A stretch of DNA of 64,000 nt from Rhizobiaceae bacterium (GTDB lineage Bacteria; Pseudomonadota; Alphaproteobacteria; Rhizobiales; Rhizobiaceae): positions 504 to 64,503 of the forward strand of contig JBAVTG010000216.1 of assembly GCA_049696015.1 (NCBI GenBank), written 5' to 3'. Within the stretch, counting starts at the first letter, position 1; each line of letters opens with the position of its first letter. The notes under the pieces were generated by a model that saw only the letters and a program-made list of their open reading frames with translations, was not told where the DNA came from and did no database searches. Shown one piece after another: positions 45,213 through 54,237 of this stretch. The position numbers and the translations under genes were made by a program.

Positions 45213-46070
45213 CTACAGGCACGCCGCCAGCGGCGCTGACAGTGGCGTGCTGACCAGCCCGCTCATATGGACAAAGCCTTGATGCGTATCGCTCCCGTCA
45301 ACATCGACCGATGCCCATTTGGTGAGGTAACGCTTTTTGACAGGCGGGTTCGGACGGACGCAGTGCGCGCGCGTGCCGTAAGCAATGGCACGAATGTGCA
45401 GGGGTGTTCCGGGCGCAAGTTCGCGAACAATTGGCGCACCGCCATCAGGTCCACGCCGCAGGTTCAGCGGCTCACTGGCTTTTACCTTGGTTTTGAAGCC
45501 AAGTGATTTGCTTGTCGTCACCATTGTCTTGAGTGCCTCCAGATCAAAAAGCGGCCCCGGATCAAACTTGCCCATGATTGCAACATCGTGGTGCCCGACC
45601 ACATCGGCAATCGGGTAGCGTTCAATCAAGTCTTTCGCGATGGTGTGGCAGGCCTCGATTTGCGCTTTCGGATAGGTTTCCCATTGCTGCATGGACGCAT
45701 CATTTGGATTGTAAATCAGTTTGCCGGAGCTGTGCGGCGCGTTGCCATAGGCAAATCCTTTGTTCATCAGGCAGATGCCGACAGAGTCTTGACTCACGGA
45801 ACTGTCGAGCGTGATCCCTCCCTGTGCTTTCCAGTTGCTCAGACCCGGATGCGCGGCGGATTGGGTGAATGGGCGCGTCTGGAAGGCTTCGCCATCCTTT
45901 TCGATCAGGATGTGATAGCCAAGCTTGTTTTGGTTCAGCGCCGCAACGGCTTGCGCCACCGTATCGGTCACCGAATAGTGGATAACCAGCAGCTTTGGCG
46001 TCTGACTTTTGCCTACATGCAGCAGCGGCTTTTTGGCCAGACCGCTGATGAAATGATTGGTTATGCTCAC
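45213..46070 (-). CDS. N-acetylmuramoyl-L-alanine amidase (amidase_2 / PGRP fold) with C-terminal SH3b-like domain
   Basis: LLVIHYSVT..., HHDVAIMGKFDPGPLFD is the amidase_2 signature. The C-terminal NLRRGPDGGAPIVRELAPGTPLHIRAI...WASVDVDG...GFVHMSGL is SH3b-like. GTG start at complement(46068..46070) is preceded by GGAGAA; the track ORF extends to 46187. No signal peptide. Confidence 0.8.
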   Translation of the reverse strand: MSITNHFISGLAKKPLLHVGKSQTPKLLVIHYSVTDTVAQAVAALNQNKLGYHILIEKDGEAFQTRPFTQSAAHPGLSNWKAQGGITLDSSVSQDSVGICLMNKGFAYGNAPHSSGKLIYNPNDASMQQWETYPKAQIEACHTIAKDLIERYPIADVVGHHDVAIMGKFDPGPLFDLEALKTMVTTSKSLGFKTKVKASEPLNLRRGPDGGAPIVRELAPGTPLHIRAIAYGTRAHCVRPNPPVKKRYLTKWASVDVDGSDTHQGFVHMSGLVSTPLSAPLAACL

Positions 46071-46095
46071 GGAGTTCTCCTGTTGCAAACAGAGT

Positions 46096-47226
46096 TCAAA
46101 CTGACGGCGGGGCGCCATCGGGACGATCTGCAGGGCCACCCTTGTCGGGCGTGAAGTATTTGCGGATGCGGCTTGCGGCATGGGCATAGCCCGCCTTGAG
46201 GATCAGGTTCTGCTGCGCGCGTGTCATCTTTGACAGCCGCGTCGGCACTTCCTGCGCTGCCACATATTCCGCCTTGGTCAGCATTTTCGGCATGTCTTCA
46301 GGATGATTCAATCCTGTCGTCAGCCCCCACATCGCCCCGGTGCGCGCGCCCGAGCGATAGGCATCGGCAAGAATGCGCTCACGCAGGTTTTCCGACTGAT
46401 CCATCAAAATGTCGATGACCCTGAGCGATTGCTGCAGCCAGTCGCGGGCAGGGGTCTCATCATAGCCGAAGGGCTTTCCGGCATTGGAGACAAACACGGT
46501 GCGCAGCCGTTTCCAGACTGTCTCCGTGCCCATGTTGTCATAAACGCCGCCGTCGGTGAGAACAGCTTTTTGTGTGAAAGGGGCACGCGCCAGATGACCC
46601 TTGTCCGCAGCTGCGATGGTGCCGTCCGACAGGTCCACATCGGACGGCGACAGGAATGGCGGAAATGCCGCCGAGCAGGCGATGGCCCGCGACAGTTTCA
46701 GGTCAACGCCCTTGATGACACCGATGTGGTGGTCAGCGATATAATCCGGCCGGAAGCGCATGACAGCGCCGGTCATCAGGTTTGTCGCATTGAACACGAA
46801 CAGCGGCTTGGTCGGCAGGCTTGCCAGTTTGACATTCTTGGCAATGTGCTTGTCATAACTTTTGGCCGCCATGTCAGCGGCCGTCACAAGCGGCAAGATG
46901 CCGACCAGCGCCGAACCGACGTCAATGGAATCCTCCGATTGGGCAATCAGCGGTTTCAGAAAAAGGTCCTTCAGGTTTGTGGCGACGCCTTTGGCATCAA
47001 ACGTCAGCTTGGGCCAGGCCACGGCCAGCGCCGCAGCCGTCATCGAACCGCCCGAAACGCTCGACACGCGCTTGAGCGGCTTGATCAGGCCAAGCTCGTT
47101 CATCCGGAAAATGGCACCGGCATGAAACAACATCGCCCGATAGCCGCCGCCGGAGATGCAAAGACCAGTGCCGTCCTCCAGCTTGTCGCCGTCTATTGCC
47201 GATAGTTTCGGTTTGTCCACGGGCAT
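46096..47226 (-). CDS. Patatin-like phospholipase
   Basis: Oxyanion motif ISGGGYRAMLFHAG, nucleophile elbow SVSGGS (GxSxG-like) and catalytic Asp motif LTDGGVYDNMG. No signal peptide. Confidence 0.85.
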   Translation of the reverse strand: MPVDKPKLSAIDGDKLEDGTGLCISGGGYRAMLFHAGAIFRMNELGLIKPLKRVSSVSGGSMTAAALAVAWPKLTFDAKGVATNLKDLFLKPLIAQSEDSIDVGSALVGILPLVTAADMAAKSYDKHIAKNVKLASLPTKPLFVFNATNLMTGAVMRFRPDYIADHHIGVIKGVDLKLSRAIACSAAFPPFLSPSDVDLSDGTIAAADKGHLARAPFTQKAVLTDGGVYDNMGTETVWKRLRTVFVSNAGKPFGYDETPARDWLQQSLRVIDILMDQSENLRERILADAYRSGARTGAMWGLTTGLNHPEDMPKMLTKAEYVAAQEVPTRLSKMTRAQQNLILKAGYAHAASRIRKYFTPDKGGPADRPDGAPPSV

Positions 47227-47237
47227 GGCGTCCTCCT

Positions 47238-48488
47238 TCAGATTGTTGGGGATAGTTGATAGATCAGGGCATGTTCATTTTTCACCGCCAGCCGGTTTTC
47301 AGCGCCGCGGAATTCGAAATTGACGTTCTCTGCAACGCCCGGCAGCGTCTTCAAATGCGCGATTGCCGCGCTGAGGGTTTTGACTTTCTTGGGGCCGTCA
47401 ACAAATGACGGCAGCGTGCCGTCCAGCGGCACATAGTTCATGTCCCCGTTGGTAAACGCCATCGTGAACTTGCGCCCCTTGGCGGCTTCTCCCGCAACGA
47501 TTTCCAGCACTTCCGGGTCCGGGTTCTGGTCTTTGCCATTGGCGCAAAACACATAAATGTCGGCGGTTACGCCCGCGATGAACTTTTTCTGCACGTTGGC
47601 CTTTGAGCCATGGTGCGGCACTTTCAGAATATCGACATGGAATGGCTTGTTCTTTGTCTTCAACCCCTTGGCTTCAAGCGAGCGAAGGACAAAGTCGCCG
47701 CGCTGATCGCCAGTCAGCAGGATGCGCCGCTTCTCCCATTCAATCAGCATGGTGATCGATGACAGGTTCAACACGGAATTGTCTTCCGAAAATTCCTTGA
47801 TGGCCGGCACGCCCGAGGCTGTGAGCGGAGTGCCAGGCGCAACGAGTTTGCTTTTCTTGGCCCATTCTTTCTTGAGGTTTTCCAGCTCTTCCTTGCCAGG
47901 ATTGAGCACGACGATGTTCGCAGGTCCAAAGCTAGCCGCCTCATGCCCTGCCGCAATCAGATTCCCGCGATCTTCTGTGCCTTTGTTGACGCTTGTATTT
48001 CCCGCACTGGCAAAAACCGAGAGATTATCGCCGTCGGCAATGCTAAGGCGCTCCAACTCATTGACCGTGGCCGCGTCGATATCGACTCCTTGCACAACGC
48101 GCGAAAACGAATTGTGCCAAAGCCTTGGCGCTCTGATCTGTTCGCCGCCGTCGGGCAATGTGCCGTTGCCTGTCCAGCCGGTGAAGAGCCGGACAACCCC
48201 GTCAATATGATCGTCGTGAACATGGGTGCAGACAACCAGATCCAGATCCAGCTGCGGGTCGCCAGCGGTGATGTCTTCGTCGGTTGATTTGGCGTCCCGC
48301 TCCGCCTTGATTTCCAGAAGGCGCGGAATGATCCGTGTCTTTAAAGGACTGTAAGAGCCGCCATTGTGGCTGCCGGTCGAGTCCGGCCCCGCGTCGATCA
48401 GCATGACCCGCTCAAAACCCATGTCACCCATATAGCGGACGACGATAGCGTCGCCATGACCAGCGTCGATGGCTTCAAATGTGATCAT
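47238..48488 (-). CDS. Metallo-beta-lactamase-fold hydrolase (ComEC/Rec2-type MBL domain)
   Basis: IDAGHGDAIVV, LIDAGP, VCTHVHDDHIDG (HxHxDH), LLTGD and KVPHHGS are the full set of ComEC-type MBL motifs. No TM segments and no signal peptide. Confidence 0.8.
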   Translation of the reverse strand: MITFEAIDAGHGDAIVVRYMGDMGFERVMLIDAGPDSTGSHNGGSYSPLKTRIIPRLLEIKAERDAKSTDEDITAGDPQLDLDLVVCTHVHDDHIDGVVRLFTGWTGNGTLPDGGEQIRAPRLWHNSFSRVVQGVDIDAATVNELERLSIADGDNLSVFASAGNTSVNKGTEDRGNLIAAGHEAASFGPANIVVLNPGKEELENLKKEWAKKSKLVAPGTPLTASGVPAIKEFSEDNSVLNLSSITMLIEWEKRRILLTGDQRGDFVLRSLEAKGLKTKNKPFHVDILKVPHHGSKANVQKKFIAGVTADIYVFCANGKDQNPDPEVLEIVAGEAAKGRKFTMAFTNGDMNYVPLDGTLPSFVDGPKKVKTLSAAIAHLKTLPGVAENVNFEFRGAENRLAVKNEHALIYQLSPTI

Positions 48489-48500
48489 GCCGTCCTCCCT

Positions 48501-50786
48501 TCAAACCGACTGCAGCGCCCGCAGCGCGTCCACCAGGCCTGCGCCCTGAAAGTGCCGCTCGCGCCCCAGATCCGTCGCTGTGTTCATCAGGATTTGCTTG
48601 ATCCTCTGCGGCTCGCCTATCAGCTCCGGGTAGCGGCCCATCAACAAAGCGCATACGCCCGAGACATGGGGCGCGGCCATCGAAGTTCCGTCCATGATAA
48701 GCATCTTCTCGCCCGGAATGGCCGAGCGTATCTTTTCGCCCGGTGCGACGATATCCGGCTTCATCCGCCCGTCACCGGTCGGCCCGCGGCTGGAAAAATA
48801 GCTGACGCCATAAGTGTGCGGCTCACTGTGGTGCGTCGCCCCGACCGTTATCACCTCTTGGGCATTGCCGGGATCGGTAATGGTCATTCCGCGATAGCCG
48901 ACGCCGAGCTTGGCCTGTTTATGCTCTTTGTCAAAGCCGGAATTGCCAGCAGCGGCGACAACCACCGTGCCATTCCACACCAGCCGGTCGCAGGCATCGC
49001 AAACCGGCGTTCGCCCGCAGGCATGGCTATCCACTTCAAATGGGATCGCCAGCGACAGGTTGATACCATGAATGGCAGGGCGCATCGGATCGCGGTTCAG
49101 CCATGCCACATAGTCAAGCGCCGCCAGAACGGTGAATTCATCGCCGCCGTCAACAGCAGTCGGGCCGTAACGCTTCTCTTGCCCCTCCTTGATTTCGGCG
49201 CGCGCCGTGTCGCCGTTTCCAAAAACACGCAGATCAAAGATTTTGATGTCGGGGCAAACGCCTTCAAATGGATCACTGTCGCCGATCACGCCGTTTCTCA
49301 GTTCGCGCCCTGCAAGGATGCCCGCCACATGCGTGCCGTGCGGATCGGAAGGCACTGGCGCAGTCAGGGGGTCCATGCGGATCAACCCCTCCAGAAGCGA
49401 CCAGTTGAGCTGCCGTCCGGTGATGTTTTCATCACGGATCGATTTGAGCGAGCGCAAAAGCGCCATCCGCACCGGTCCTCGTTTTTCCAAGTCGGTCGAG
49501 TTACCGGTGATCCGATCGATAATAATGTCGATTTGGCTCGCATTTTCGGCCAGCAAATCCTGCAGGATCGTGAAGTCCAGTGTTGCCACAACACGCGTCT
49601 TTGGAGCGGCCGGCGGCTCCGACATATCAAAGACAGCGGCTTCTGCTGCGTTGTTGTCCGGATCCGCCGGCTTTGGCGCTTCCAGGAATACACTGTGCCT
49701 GGCATCGATACCGGTGTCGATAACCGCCCACGCCAGGTGCGATGTCTTGATGCCAAAAAGCTTCTTGGCGGCATCGGCCTTTACCGTAATGGCTGATTGG
49801 TTGGCCCGGCCCGAAACTTTGGGCGGTCTTCCTGGCGCCGCCTGTTTCAAGGTTGGGCGATTGAGTTGGATCGACCAGATTGCGATTTCATCCGACAACC
49901 CTTCGACCCCTGCATCTCGTTCATCATCGTCGGGCGGCAAGTTGCGGCTCTTGTCTTTGATCAGTTCCCTGTATTTCTGCCAGAAGGGCTCGAGCACTTT
50001 GAGTTTGATGCGCGCTGCCGGTGCGTCTCGGCCCAATCTGACACGTTCGGGAAACAATTCCCGCTCGTCGTTCGTCAGTTCCGATTCAGCTGAATGGACT
50101 GGTGCGAGTACATCGAAAAACTTGTCAAAATCCTCGTAATCGATTTCCTCTTCTGTCAGCAGGCCCTGTGTAAGCGCTGAAAGCGCTGCAAACCGGAAGA
50201 ACTCGGTGTCATCCAGACTGACCATCGCTGACAGGACTGTCGCGCCCTTGTCGACTTGATCTTCCAGGTCTTTTTCCAGGAGGTCCTTATTGGAATAGGT
50301 TTGCTTCTTCCACCAGGCTGTCAGCGGCAGGAGGTAGTCCATCATCTCTTCAAATGTGACATCAATGGCCACATTGCGGGTCGTTGCCGCAATGCGGAAT
50401 TTGCCCAGGTCTGCCTGATCACGCTCCCGCTGTTTGTCAGCCTCCAGCGTCGTGCCCCGTATCTCGCGCCTGCGGCCAAGGATGATCTGTCTGATCTTCT
50501 CGGCCAATTGTCCCGCGTGCCCCGCCGGACGCCCGTCGGGGCTCATCGTCTGCTTTGGGGTGAGGATGAGCGGCAGCCTGTACTTCTTGGCAATTCCGGT
50601 ATTCTTCGACGGGTTGGACAGCCGCCAGCGGGCGAGCTTTAGAAACCAAACCCATACATCCGGACGTATCGGTGAATCCTGCGTGAACCGGCGCAGGCCA
50701 AAAGTCTCAAACACCAGACTCTGGATGAGAGAATCGGGCAGTTCCACGGGTTTTGGCTTTTCGGCCCGGTCTGATTGCTTCGCCAA
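48501..50786 (-). CDS. Subtilisin-like S8 serine protease with unknown roughly 350-aa N-terminal domain
   Basis: Catalytic triad motifs AVIDTGIDARH (Asp), HGTHVAGILAG (His) and GTSMAAPHVSGVCALL (Ser). The N-terminal half matches nothing I recognise. No signal peptide. Confidence 0.85.
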   Translation of the reverse strand: MAKQSDRAEKPKPVELPDSLIQSLVFETFGLRRFTQDSPIRPDVWVWFLKLARWRLSNPSKNTGIAKKYRLPLILTPKQTMSPDGRPAGHAGQLAEKIRQIILGRRREIRGTTLEADKQRERDQADLGKFRIAATTRNVAIDVTFEEMMDYLLPLTAWWKKQTYSNKDLLEKDLEDQVDKGATVLSAMVSLDDTEFFRFAALSALTQGLLTEEEIDYEDFDKFFDVLAPVHSAESELTNDERELFPERVRLGRDAPAARIKLKVLEPFWQKYRELIKDKSRNLPPDDDERDAGVEGLSDEIAIWSIQLNRPTLKQAAPGRPPKVSGRANQSAITVKADAAKKLFGIKTSHLAWAVIDTGIDARHSVFLEAPKPADPDNNAAEAAVFDMSEPPAAPKTRVVATLDFTILQDLLAENASQIDIIIDRITGNSTDLEKRGPVRMALLRSLKSIRDENITGRQLNWSLLEGLIRMDPLTAPVPSDPHGTHVAGILAGRELRNGVIGDSDPFEGVCPDIKIFDLRVFGNGDTARAEIKEGQEKRYGPTAVDGGDEFTVLAALDYVAWLNRDPMRPAIHGINLSLAIPFEVDSHACGRTPVCDACDRLVWNGTVVVAAAGNSGFDKEHKQAKLGVGYRGMTITDPGNAQEVITVGATHHSEPHTYGVSYFSSRGPTGDGRMKPDIVAPGEKIRSAIPGEKMLIMDGTSMAAPHVSGVCALLMGRYPELIGEPQRIKQILMNTATDLGRERHFQGAGLVDALRALQSV

Positions 50787-51287
50787 TTCAAGTCCCTCGC
50801 ATAGTTGCCGTCATTCTAAACGGTCTGCGCCGATGGTGGACAAAACTGCTCCAGCCATCGTTGCGCAGCCTCTTTGAGTCAGATGCGCCGGCTCAGAGCT
50901 CGCGGGCTTCTTATCTGAATTCTGAACGCGGCAGCGAACCATCGAGCGCATAGGCGTCAGCAGGCCGCGTAGCGCCGCAATTGCGCTAGCTGCATTCAAT
51001 ATCCTGCAGGGGGCCGTTCCGAACATGGCCATCACTCTTGGTCAACAGCAGCGATCTTTGTTGCTTGCCTGCCTTGAAGCACAACAACGGCGGCATTTTT
51101 TCGGACCTCGTTCACGCTACCGTAACGTCAGGTTGCGCGCAAGATGGGAACAGCCGTCCAATGAGATTGACGAAATTCAACGCCTATGCCCGCGATGACG
51201 ATTCAGGCAGTAAACACTGCGCGCAGTGCCAGCGCTCCGGCAGTGCGGCCATGCTTGTGGCAACCACGAATTCCAGCTCTGTTTTGA

Positions 51288-51659
51288 TCGGCCGTCCGCC
51301 GCTTGTGGCGCGGTGAGGAAGTTCAGTTTGCGCAAGGCGAAGCGATGCTTGGCGTCCGCACGTTGCCACGCCCGGTGCAGCCTGAGTTACCTTTCTGGCT
51401 GGCAACGACAGGCCGCGATGACTCATTTGCCGCGGCGGGCGATATGGGCGCTCATGTTCTGACCCATCTGCTTGGCCAGGACATGGCGGATTTGACGCTG
51501 AAAATCGGCCTCTGCCGTGCAGTTCGCCTTCGCGCCGGCTATGCAGGCAGGGGCAAGGTAACGCTGATGGTGCATACTTTTTTCGCGCGAGACAGACAGG
51601 CGGCACTCGCCGATGCGCTGACGCCGCTCAAACTTATCTTGCCGCTAGGCTTGATCTGA
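51288..51659 (+). pseudogene. Remnant of a luciferase-like (MupA/Atu3671-type) FMN-dependent monooxygenase
   Basis: AVRRLWRGEEVQF...VRTLPRPVQPELPFWLATTGRDDSFAAAGDMGAHVLTHLLGQDMADLTLKIGLCRAV...GKVTLMVHTFFA matches the middle of this family as I remember it. An in-frame TGA lies immediately upstream (51285..51287). There is no matching N-terminal third, and the frame stops early at 51659. Confidence 0.5.
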
Positions 51660-51848
51660 ACCGCGCTGCAGCCTGCGGGCCAAAAGCGGGCAAACGCATC
51701 TCCGCCACTGCCAGAAATGCCATGCGCATTTCCTTCCATGCAATAACTCATTGTTATCGCTGAAAAGTCGCACTTCAATATAGAACGCACCCCCGCTACA
51801 TCTTCCAATGCGATAATCCGCATTATGGAACGAACTTGTTCTGATGTC

Positions 51849-52613
51849 CTACCAGCAGACAAACCCGCCATCGACGATCAGATCGTGGCCGGTAATGAAG
51901 CTTGCGGCATCGCTGGCCAAAAACACGGCGGGTCCTGCCATCTCTTCAGCTTCCGCAATGCGCTGCATCGGCGTCCCGGCGGCAAATTCCTTGAGCTGCT
52001 CGGCCACTTCCGGCCGCTTGTTCATCGGCGTCAGCGTATAGCCAGGGCTGATCACATTGACGCGAACGCCACGGTCCGCCCATTCCATCGCCAGACTTTT
52101 CGACAGATGGATCACCGCCGCCTTGGACGAATTGTAATGCGCCTGGTTCAGCCCGCGGTTGACAATCGTGCCGGACATCGAGGCGATGTTGATGATCGAG
52201 CCGCGCTTGCGTGGCAGCATCACCCTTGCTTCCGCCTGGCAGGACAGGAAAACCCCCGTCACATTGACCTCGTACAGCCGCTGCCATTGCGCAAGGCTCA
52301 TGTCTTCGCCCGGCGCTGAATTGGCAATGCCGGCATTGTTGACGGCAATCTCAAGCGGTCCCAGATCACGCTCGATCTGCGAGACGGCAAAGGCGAGCGC
52401 GTCCGGCGTTTCAACAGACCCTTCCAGCACCAAGGCCCGGCGGCCAAGTTTGCGCACGGCTTCTGCCGTCACTTCAAGCCCGCCCTTGCTGTTGTGCCCG
52501 AAACAGGCCACGTCCGCGCCAGCCTCAGCCAGTCCGATGGCAATGGCCTCGCCAATGCCCGATCCTGCCCCGGTCACCAGCGCCACGCGTCCGGTCAAAT
52601 CAAAAGCTTTCAT
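51849..52613 (-). CDS. SDR-family oxidoreductase
   Basis: VTGAGSGIGEAIA (TGxxxGxG), NNAG and YNSSKAAVIHLSK (YxxxK). ATG at complement(52611..52613) with AGGAGA upstream; the track ORF starts at 52682. Confidence 0.85.
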   Translation of the reverse strand: MKAFDLTGRVALVTGAGSGIGEAIAIGLAEAGADVACFGHNSKGGLEVTAEAVRKLGRRALVLEGSVETPDALAFAVSQIERDLGPLEIAVNNAGIANSAPGEDMSLAQWQRLYEVNVTGVFLSCQAEARVMLPRKRGSIINIASMSGTIVNRGLNQAHYNSSKAAVIHLSKSLAMEWADRGVRVNVISPGYTLTPMNKRPEVAEQLKEFAAGTPMQRIAEAEEMAGPAVFLASDAASFITGHDLIVDGGFVCW

Positions 52614-52897
52614 CCCGCTCTCCTGCGCTTTGAAGTGCCGGGTGCTGACCGGCGCTGGTTCATGGTTGACGAAAATACGCACAATGCCAAGTGTTTATCG
52701 CGACCGGCGCCTTGAAAAAGGCCATCAGCGCGCTTTGATTGTTCAACTAGTGCGCATTCATTCCAACAAAGATGCGCATTTTTTTAACAATAATTGGTGC
52801 GTGGATTGAAATATTCTATTGACGCTTGAACAATTGTTCATGAAAACTGGAAAGCAGATCAGCAGACAATGAATGTCCGCCAAGAAGGATAATCATC

Positions 52898-54223
52898 ATG
52901 GCCCAACCCTATTTTGCCGACGAATTGTTGGCGCGCGCCAAGGAAAGAGGACCGATAACCATCGGGCTTGCGGGCGCCGGCCAAATGGGCACAGACATTA
53001 TCGTCCAGGTCGCGCTGATGCCGGGTTTGCGTATCGGCGCTATTGCCGAGGTGCGGGCCGAGACCGCCATCGACGGCGTGCTGCTGTCGGGGCGCGAGCG
53101 CGCTGACGTCGTCATCGCTTCCGGTGCCAACGCTATTGATGCGGCCATTGAAGCGGGCAAAATCGCCGTCACCGACAATCTTGATGCGTTGGCGCAGGCG
53201 GGGCGCATTGATGTGATCATCGATGCCACCGGCAATCCCAACATCGGCACGCTGTTCGCGCTTGAAGTGATGAAAAACGGCAAGCACCTTGTCATGCTCA
53301 ATGTAGAGGCCGACATCACCATCGGGCGCTTTCTGAAGGAAGAGGCCCGCAAGGCTGGCGTTATCTATACCGGCGCGGCGGGCGATGAACCGGCCTGTAC
53401 GCTTGAAATCATCGGCTTTGCCCGCAGCCTTGGCATGACCATCATTGCCGCCGGAAAGGGCAAGAACAATCCGCTCAAGATAGATGCCATGCCGGGTGAC
53501 TACGAGGAAGAGGCCCGCGCGCGTAACATGAATGCGCGCATGCTGGTCGAGTTTGTCGATGGCTCCAAGACCGCCATTGAAATGGTCGCCATCGCCAATG
53601 CCACCGGCCTTGTGCCCGATGTGCCAGGCATGCACGGCCCGGCGGCGACGCTGGATGAGCTTGCCTCTGTCCTCTGCCCCAAGGCTGATGGCGGCATCCT
53701 GAACAAAAAGGGCGTCGTCGACTATTCCATCGGCAAGGGCGTTGCCCCCGGCGTGTTCTGTATTGTCGAAACACAGCATCCGCGCGTTTTAGAGCGCATG
53801 ATTGATCTGAAGGTCGGCAAAGGCCCCTATTTCACCCTTTACCGCCCCTATCATCTCACTTCGCTGGAAGTGCCGCTGTCTGCCGCCCGCGCTGTGATGC
53901 ATGGCACGGCCGATATGGTGCCGCTTGATCATCCCGTGGCCGAGGCCGTGGCGGTCGCCAAGCGCACCCTCAATCCAGGCGATACGCTGGGCATGATCGG
54001 CGAGAGCGATTATCGCGGCCATGCTGTCACCTGGGCCGATGCGCGCGCCAAAGGCATGGTGCCGCTTGGCCTTGCCGAAAAGGCCAAGGTGATGAAACCC
54101 GTCAAGGCCGGCGAGTTGCTGACCTACGAAAACTGCGTGCCGGACGATTCGCTTGTCGTCACCCAAATCCGCCGCCGCCTTGACCAGGCCGATGCCCGCT
54201 TTATGGATAAGGGCGCGGCCTGA
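52898..54223 (+). CDS. NAD(P)-binding oxidoreductase with SAF domain (COG4091-like, homoserine-dehydrogenase-like)
   Basis: The N-terminal Rossmann motif ITIGLAGAGQMGTDIIVQ and the overall length and sequence resemble the SAF-domain oxidoreductases found in sugar/polyol catabolic clusters. Called from memory. Confidence 0.65.
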   Translation: MAQPYFADELLARAKERGPITIGLAGAGQMGTDIIVQVALMPGLRIGAIAEVRAETAIDGVLLSGRERADVVIASGANAIDAAIEAGKIAVTDNLDALAQAGRIDVIIDATGNPNIGTLFALEVMKNGKHLVMLNVEADITIGRFLKEEARKAGVIYTGAAGDEPACTLEIIGFARSLGMTIIAAGKGKNNPLKIDAMPGDYEEEARARNMNARMLVEFVDGSKTAIEMVAIANATGLVPDVPGMHGPAATLDELASVLCPKADGGILNKKGVVDYSIGKGVAPGVFCIVETQHPRVLERMIDLKVGKGPYFTLYRPYHLTSLEVPLSAARAVMHGTADMVPLDHPVAEAVAVAKRTLNPGDTLGMIGESDYRGHAVTWADARAKGMVPLGLAEKAKVMKPVKAGELLTYENCVPDDSLVVTQIRRRLDQADARFMDKGAA

Positions 54224-54237
54224 ACGGAGCCGACAGC

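Noticed and set aside
48366-50139. Plus-strand ORFs of 476 aa and 316 aa overlapping the S8 protease gene
   Set aside because: They are antisense to a gene with an intact D/H/S catalytic triad, and their own translations have no motifs.
50811-51035. 74-aa minus-strand ORF ending 24 nt upstream of the S8 protease gene, a possible fifth operon member
   Set aside because: The Cys/Arg-rich translation has no motif and no obvious RBS. It cannot be supported from sequence alone, though it is worth a conservation check.
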